A stretch of 64,000 nt of DNA from Deltaproteobacteria bacterium (GTDB lineage Bacteria > UBA10199 > JACPAL01 > GCA-016699445), in assembly GCA_016699445.1 (NCBI GenBank), contig CP064976.1, forward strand, positions 2,222,619 to 2,286,618, in the 5' to 3' direction. Below, one piece after another: positions 58,842 through 64,000 of this stretch (position 1 is the stretch's first letter; every line of letters starts with the position of its first letter). A program made the position numbers and the translations under genes. Under the pieces are notes generated by a model that was given only the letters and a program-made list of their open reading frames with translations, ran no database searches and was not told the origin of the DNA.

Positions 58842-59686
58842 GAGTTTCGTTTCAAAACAAGGTTGGCGTCTTGGTAACCTTGAAGAATTGAGGCCTTAAT
58901 TTTTTTGAGATTGGTTGTCATGCGTGAAGCGATGGGTTTTTCTTGAGGTTGAATGACTCTTAAGCGTGCGGGAAAGTCATTGGTTTCAATCTTTTCAACA
59001 ATGGTATTGTAGCGTTGGTGTCGAAGGCGAATTTCTTCTGCTAACAATGGAAAAGATTTTTTGTAATAAGCCGGCATCAAATCAATTAATGGAGATTTTT
59101 TTCGATAGCCTTTTGGGCGAGTGAGAAGGACAAAAATTTCTTCACAACCCTCTTCAATTGCCTTTTGGATGGGAATGGCGTCGGACAAACCTCCGTCGAT
59201 ATAAGAATCATTTTCGATGATCACGGGTTGACGATAAGCTATAGGGAGTGCTGCAGAGGCTTTGAGTGCGGGGAGTATCGGATCAGTATGCCCTTCAAAA
59301 TATTTTGGCTTTCCGGTCTTACAATGAGTTGCGACGATATAAAATTGCGTTGAGCTTTCTTGAATGGCTTGAGTGTTGAGAGGCGCTGTATTAGCAAAAA
59401 CCTGATCGATTAAGTAATCTAAATCCATCAGAGAAGAAGATCGCCGGGTGAGATTTCGATAGTTGATAAATCGAGTCCCATGAAGGTGTTCTGTCCAAAT
59501 TTTGGGCAACATATCAAACTGCCGACTTACCAAAAAAGCAGACGTACAAGCCCCTGCCGAAGTCGCCGCAACAACCTCAAACTCCCAAAACCCATTTTCA
59601 ACCAGAGCCATCAAAGCCCCGCAGCTATGAGATCCACGCATCCCACCACCTTCGACAATCAGGGCTCTTTTGGGTTGTTGTTTCAT
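58838..59686 (-). CDS. Patatin-like phospholipase
   Basis: Oxyanion GGGMRG, nucleophile elbow ATSAGA (GxSxG), catalytic Asp in DGGLSD; start at internal Met ([15 protein letters not shown]). Confidence 0.75.
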   Translation of the reverse strand: MKQQPKRALIVEGGGMRGSHSCGALMALVENGFWEFEVVAATSAGACTSAFLVSRQFDMLPKIWTEHLHGTRFINYRNLTRRSSSLMDLDYLIDQVFANTAPLNTQAIQESSTQFYIVATHCKTGKPKYFEGHTDPILPALKASAALPIAYRQPVIIENDSYIDGGLSDAIPIQKAIEEGCEEIFVLLTRPKGYRKKSPLIDLMPAYYKKSFPLLAEEIRLRHQRYNTIVEKIETNDFPARLRVIQPQEKPIASRMTTNLKKIKASILQGYQDANLVLKRNS

Positions 59687-60882
59687 ATCACCTGCACAAT
59701 CCAGCATTGTAAATAATGAGATTCTGGAAAATTCATTAAGACTGGATGGTCCGAAGCGGCGCCGCGCACTTCGAGGATTTGAATTTCACGTCTGGCATCG
59801 CGAGCGGCTTCATGGAGAGTGGCTGCAAAAAGTGCGGGCGTAAAATTTTGAGAACAGGAAGCCGTGATTAAGACTCCATCAGGTTTAAGAAGCTTCATGG
59901 CTCTGAGATTAATTTCTTTATAACCTGCCGGAGCGGATTCTTTTACTTTTTTACTTTTCATGAAAGGCGGAGGGTCCAGAACAATCGTATCAAACTTTTC
60001 TCCACGATCGGAGAGCTCTCTTAAATAATCAAATCCATTAGCTTCCACAGGAATAATTTTTCTCTGATTGCGTTGAGCATTGCTCAGCATTTTTTTGAGC
60101 GCTGGTGCTGAAGAGTCAACAGCTGTGACTTCATCGGCTGATTGTGAAAGGGGAAGGGCAAAGCCCCCCTGATAAGTAAAAATATCTAAAGCACGCCCCG
60201 AAGCATAACGACGAGCTATTACATGATTTTCAGACTGATCTAAAAAGAGACCTGTCTTTTGTCCTTCGAGAGGGTCCACAGAGAAAAAATTATCTCCTTC
60301 CCGAACCTCAAGATCTTGAGGGATCTCTCCTGAGACAATTCCTTTTTGTTTCAACAAACCTTCCAGTTCCCTGACAGAAACATCATTTCTTTCTACAAGA
60401 GTTGTGAGATTGGTTTCTTCTTGGATAATTTTCAAAATCAATTCTCTCTTCAAATCGATTCCTGCACAGAGAGTTTGGAAAACCAGGACGTCACGATAAC
60501 GATCTACGATCAGGCCTGGAAGAAAATCTGATTCTCCATAGATGAGCCGAATGCCTTGATCCTCAGAATAGTTTAAGGCTTTGCGACGATGTATCGATCG
60601 TCTAATTTTTTCTCTCAAAAACTGGATATCTATAGAACTGTCTTTGTTGGTTAAAAATCGAAGTGAAATTTGAGAGAGGGGATTAAAAAAAGCTTGGCCT
60701 AAAAATTGTCCTTTTTTATTTTGAACCGAAATAACAGCCCCTGGTTGATGATCTGTTGGGGCATCGACAATGTCGGAACGAAAAACCCAAGGGTGACGAT
60801 GCAGAACCCTCTGTGTGCCTTTTTCATTGATTATCACATGTTTCATAATAGATTTACTAAGTGAGGTTATTCTTTTACTCAA
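59683..60882 (-). CDS. Class I SAM-dependent rRNA methyltransferase, RlmI-like (PUA + MTase)
   Basis: 399 aa; SAM-binding LDLFTYQGGFAL and VLDPPPF motifs. Confidence 0.8.
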   Translation of the reverse strand: MSKRITSLSKSIMKHVIINEKGTQRVLHRHPWVFRSDIVDAPTDHQPGAVISVQNKKGQFLGQAFFNPLSQISLRFLTNKDSSIDIQFLREKIRRSIHRRKALNYSEDQGIRLIYGESDFLPGLIVDRYRDVLVFQTLCAGIDLKRELILKIIQEETNLTTLVERNDVSVRELEGLLKQKGIVSGEIPQDLEVREGDNFFSVDPLEGQKTGLFLDQSENHVIARRYASGRALDIFTYQGGFALPLSQSADEVTAVDSSAPALKKMLSNAQRNQRKIIPVEANGFDYLRELSDRGEKFDTIVLDPPPFMKSKKVKESAPAGYKEINLRAMKLLKPDGVLITASCSQNFTPALFAATLHEAARDARREIQILEVRGAASDHPVLMNFPESHYLQCWIVQVI

Positions 60883-60913
60883 TGAAGAAGTGTGTTAGGG
60901 AGCCGCAACTTAT

Positions 60914-61858
60914 ATGACTCAAAAAACAATTATTATCGGGACTCGTGGAAGCCCTCTGGCACTTTGGCAGGCTAATTTCGTAAAAAATTTACTGTTGGAA
61001 GAATATGCAGACCTGTCTATTGAGCTCAAAATTATCAAGACGACAGGGGATAAGATTGATCAGATCCCTTTGGCTGAAATTGGTGGGAAAGCTCTCTTTT
61101 TAAAAGAAATCGAAGAACAGCTTTTAGATGGGAATGTTCATTTGGCTGTTCACAGTATGAAAGATGTGCCGACAGTTTTTCCCAAAGGCCTTAGGCTTGC
61201 GGCTGTATTGAAACGAGAAGATCCACGAGATGTGATGATTTCGCATAAATATGCGTCGTTGGCAGCACTTCCCAAAAAGGCTGTGGTGGGAACGAGTTCT
61301 TTGAGAAGAAAAGCACAGCTTAAAAATTGGCGTAGTGATTTGGAGATTGTTCCTATTCGTGGAAATGTCGATACACGACTGAAGAAGCTTGAAACAGAAA
61401 ATATGTCGGCCATTATTTTGGCTTCAGCAGGGATGACCCGATTAGGTCTTTCAAATCATATTACAGAATATATTAATCCTGAAACGATGTTGCCGGCTGT
61501 AGCTCAAGGAGCGATCGGGATTGAAGTTCGTGAAAAAGATGAAGACATTTTAAACTTGGTCAAATGCCTCAATCACCGCGAGACCGAAATCTGTGTAACC
61601 GCTGAAAGATCATTTTTGAAAACCATTGAAGGGGATTGCCAATCTCCCGTGGCTGCACATGCGGTTTGTCATGGAGAAACTTTAAAAGTAGAAGGAATGG
61701 TTTCGACTTTGGATGGTTATGAAGTAATCAAAGATTCCGTTTCCGGATCCATTGATGCCCCAGGCCTTTTGGGTGAGCAACTCGCTCGAAAAATATTATC
61801 TCAAGGTGGAGACACTATTTTAGAAAGATGTCGTCTTAATCATTATACAAAGTCTTAA
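60914..61858 (+). CDS. hemC: Hydroxymethylbilane synthase (porphobilinogen deaminase)
   Basis: IIIGTRGSPLALWQANFV N-terminus; full-length HemC 314 aa. Confidence 0.9.
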   Translation: MTQKTIIIGTRGSPLALWQANFVKNLLLEEYADLSIELKIIKTTGDKIDQIPLAEIGGKALFLKEIEEQLLDGNVHLAVHSMKDVPTVFPKGLRLAAVLKREDPRDVMISHKYASLAALPKKAVVGTSSLRRKAQLKNWRSDLEIVPIRGNVDTRLKKLETENMSAIILASAGMTRLGLSNHITEYINPETMLPAVAQGAIGIEVREKDEDILNLVKCLNHRETEICVTAERSFLKTIEGDCQSPVAAHAVCHGETLKVEGMVSTLDGYEVIKDSVSGSIDAPGLLGEQLARKILSQGGDTILERCRLNHYTKS

Positions 61859-62334
61859 ATAGAGACGTTCTCTAAGAATTCTCGACATGAATAAATCTCT
61901 CGATAAATTTTCTTCCCAGCTCTGAGAAATCTTTCATCAGATGTGATAAACGGAATTTTTCGATTCATGGCTACAGCTAGATAGCTACAGTCGTAGATTC
62001 TCTTGAGGTCTAGCCGAGAAGCTAAGTCTGTGGCTGTTTTAAGAACAGAGGCCTGCCATTGAAAGATCAAGTTAGTATGGTAAAAGATATCGATAGCCGT
62101 ATCTCTCTCTAAATGGCTCATTCCCTCTTTTTGTGATTTTTGATGAAGTGCTGAAATAACTTCAAAAAAAACAAGACCAGGTTCAAAAAGATCTATCGAT
62201 TCTTCATCAATTTTATCCCAGAGCTCTAGTGCCGCTTGATGGAGTGGTTCCACTTTAACGAGTGCTGCGATGAAAATATTAGCATCCAAACATATCTCTG
62301 TTGGTACTAAATGCATTTTATCCCCCTTCCTCAC
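61855..62334 (-). CDS. PIN-domain protein (VapC-like toxin)
   Basis: CLDANIFIAAL and C-terminal PFITSDERF motifs; probable start at internal Met MHLVPTE. Confidence 0.65.
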   Translation of the reverse strand: MRKGDKMHLVPTEICLDANIFIAALVKVEPLHQAALELWDKIDEESIDLFEPGLVFFEVISALHQKSQKEGMSHLERDTAIDIFYHTNLIFQWQASVLKTATDLASRLDLKRIYDCSYLAVAMNRKIPFITSDERFLRAGKKIYREIYSCREFLENVSI

Positions 62335-62410
62335 GAATTTGATTAATCAGGTCAGCAGCTGAAAATGGTTTCATATGAGGATGTTTTTTGCCAGCTTTTC
62401 AGAAAACTCT

Positions 62411-62605
62411 CTAGCCATGGAAGCAAATGATTTTCTTTTTAGGTCGTGTTGATTGCTTCCAGTTTTCATAATCGAGAATAACCGCAATAGGTTTCCCATG
62501 TTTTTTAATGAGTAAAGGTTCGTGTTTGGTGAGTACTGACTGTAAATAATCTCCAAACCTATTTTTCACATCTGTGGCCGTCGCTGTATTGGGTTGATTT
62601 CTCAT
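62411..62605 (-). CDS. Phd/YefM-type antitoxin (C-terminus uncertain)
   Basis: ATDVKNRFGDYLQSVLTKHEPLLIKKHGKPIAVILDYENWK; upstream of the PIN gene. Confidence 0.55.
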   Translation of the reverse strand: MRNQPNTATATDVKNRFGDYLQSVLTKHEPLLIKKHGKPIAVILDYENWKQSTRPKKKIICFHG

Positions 62606-62699
62606 TTTTAAATAATAGCTAAAATAGCTAATTTGTCAAAAGTTAATCCTGGGAAGCAACTAATTGGTAGGTTTGACGATAATGTAATAAAGTTTATTT

Positions 62700-64000
62700 A
62701 TGACAATACCAGCGACAATACAGACTGTTTCACCTGAACACCTCTTCTTCAATACTCAACTTATAAGTGCTGTTGAAGCGGTGGTTGAGGAACCCCTATC
62801 TCAGACCCAATTTTCTCAGGAGGCTTTTCAACAACTTGCTATTAGAGGTTTCAAGAATGAACTTGCTTGCTCTCGCTTCCAATCTAAAGCGAGAGCACTT
62901 GTAGCTGCGCATGGGATTCCTAGTGGGTTGTCTTGGAGTGCGTCTTTCTTTGAATTTCTTGGGCGTAGGGCCGATGAAAGAGGCGAATTACCTGCGATGA
63001 TGCAATCAATGCTGACATATCTAGGCCCAGCATTAGAACACTACCAAACTATTTATGCCTATAAAAGAGGGGAGCTTACTGATGATGAAATCAAAACTCG
63101 TATTGATTCAGGTCAGCTATGGAATCCTCAAAGGGAATCTGCACCTTCACTCCCCATAGGAGTTCGTCACTATGGTGATAGTGGTGGTTTTGTCCTGTCG
63201 TTAGATTTCGATATGCAGAAAGTGCAAGATGAGCAGCACGTTTTAGATTATCTAAAGCGGTTGAGCATGCACCCATCAGGGCTTTTGTTTAAAACGATTA
63301 TATTTAGGAAAGCTGTCCCTAATGATCAATTTATCAGAAAAATTTTTGAAGTTACTTCTGTTTCCTCAATCAACATTGATTGTATTCAGTCTGAAGCTGC
63401 CAAGAATCTGAATAGCTTTTTTAGAGCGATTCCAGATGACAGACTAACTTGTTTAACAATTAATAATGTCAAATCACTTTCTGTGCAGGACTTGGCTAAT
63501 TGTCAGTTTGTCAGGGGGCTTAGAGAACTTCGAATCGTGCAAACACGTGTTAGTGTCGATGCAATTCGAGAATTATCAGAACTAAATTGGGTGAAGTTAA
63601 AGAAACTTTCTTTAAATGGTTGTCAATTAACGGTCGAGGCTTTGGAGGCTTTAGTAAACTCAGGTATGCTGAATGGAATGACTGAGTTAGACCTTTCTGA
63701 AAATGATTTTGGTGATGTTAGGGACGAGTGTTTGACTTCATTAAATTGTCCCACACTTGAAATTCTAGTTTTGAGAGCATGTGAGCTTACAGATGGTGGG
63801 TGTATTGCATTGGGCAATAGTAGTATGGTTAGATTAAAAAAGTTGGATATCAATCAAAATCCAAGAATTGGCGATCAAGGGATTTGTGCATTAGTTGAAA
63901 ATAGCAAGGCTCTAGAAGATATTGCATTGGGCTATACTCAAGTTGGGAGGGCAGGTGTCGAAGCATTGAGTCGTTTAACTAATTTAAAGCGATTGCATTT
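62700..64000 (+). CDS. Leucine-rich-repeat protein, ribonuclease-inhibitor-like repeats (partial, continues past window end)
   Basis: ATG 62700, frame open to window end (not in ORF track); C-terminal LxxLxLxxCxLT repeats (LKKLSLNGCQLTVEALEAL.., LEILVLRACELTDGGCIAL..); N-terminus MTIPATIQTVSPE. Confidence 0.7.
   Translation, partial: MTIPATIQTVSPEHLFFNTQLISAVEAVVEEPLSQTQFSQEAFQQLAIRGFKNELACSRFQSKARALVAAHGIPSGLSWSASFFEFLGRRADERGELPAMMQSMLTYLGPALEHYQTIYAYKRGELTDDEIKTRIDSGQLWNPQRESAPSLPIGVRHYGDSGGFVLSLDFDMQKVQDEQHVLDYLKRLSMHPSGLLFKTIIFRKAVPNDQFIRKIFEVTSVSSINIDCIQSEAAKNLNSFFRAIPDDRLTCLTINNVKSLSVQDLANCQFVRGLRELRIVQTRVSVDAIRELSELNWVKLKKLSLNGCQLTVEALEALVNSGMLNGMTELDLSENDFGDVRDECLTSLNCPTLEILVLRACELTDGGCIALGNSSMVRLKKLDINQNPRIGDQGICALVENSKALEDIALGYTQVGRAGVEALSRLTNLKRLH

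Noticed and set aside
58838-59686. Patatin-like lipase as a CBASS (CapV-type) defence effector
   Set aside because: No CD-NTase/cyclase or other CBASS component is adjacent; the neighbour is a SEC-C-motif protein, so the CBASS assignment is unsupported

Overview
This 64-kb window is a gene-dense bacterial chromosomal segment that mixes ordinary housekeeping genes with a likely accessory cluster and several families of small palindromic repeats. No rRNA, CRISPR array, transposase or integrase was recognised. All calls rest on reading the six-frame translations and the DNA by eye; no database search or alignment was run.

Recognisable housekeeping content:
- an acyl-CoA operon: enoyl-CoA hydratase (3' end), acyl-CoA dehydrogenase, and a split B12-dependent acyl-CoA mutase whose substrate-specificity residues look isobutyryl-CoA-mutase-like rather than methylmalonyl-CoA-mutase-like
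- menaquinone genes of the futalosine route, dispersed: UbiA-like prenyltransferase, UbiX, UbiE/MenG methyltransferase, a radical-SAM MqnC/MqnE-type enzyme, MqnA
- dnaK, dnaJ, a second J-domain protein, efp, nadB, hemC, class I fumarase, thiolase, pgsA, mtgA, rlmI, a TatT-DctPQM TRAP transporter, and one tRNA-Gly(GCC)

Most interesting candidate: a co-directional minus-strand block (7747-19352) of large uncharacterised proteins. It contains two paralogous proteins with a C-terminal HX4D lysophospholipid-acyltransferase domain behind a ~330-aa unknown N-terminal domain, a HAD-IB phosphatase with a hydrophobic C-terminal region, and three proteins with no recognisable domain. Nearly all start with an uncharged Ser/Thr/Pro/Ile-rich N-terminus. 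The same N-terminal style appears on a eukaryote-like RNI-type leucine-rich-repeat protein at the window end, which is absent from the ORF track because it runs off the window. I read this as a possible secreted lipid-modifying effector set, but that is inference.

Other notable signals:
- a 28-bp perfect palindrome inserted into two different genes, and exact removal restores the frame of one of them
- a ~115-nt multi-hairpin repeat present three times only in the mutase operon, supplying ribosome-binding sites and the last codons of the UbiA-like gene
- a second hairpin repeat family just 3' of two genes
- seven type II toxin-antitoxin modules, two with degenerate toxins
- at least ten single-base frame disruptions, mostly in short mononucleotide runs and affecting essential-looking genes (dnaJ, fumA, dctM), which more likely reflect consensus errors than pseudogenes
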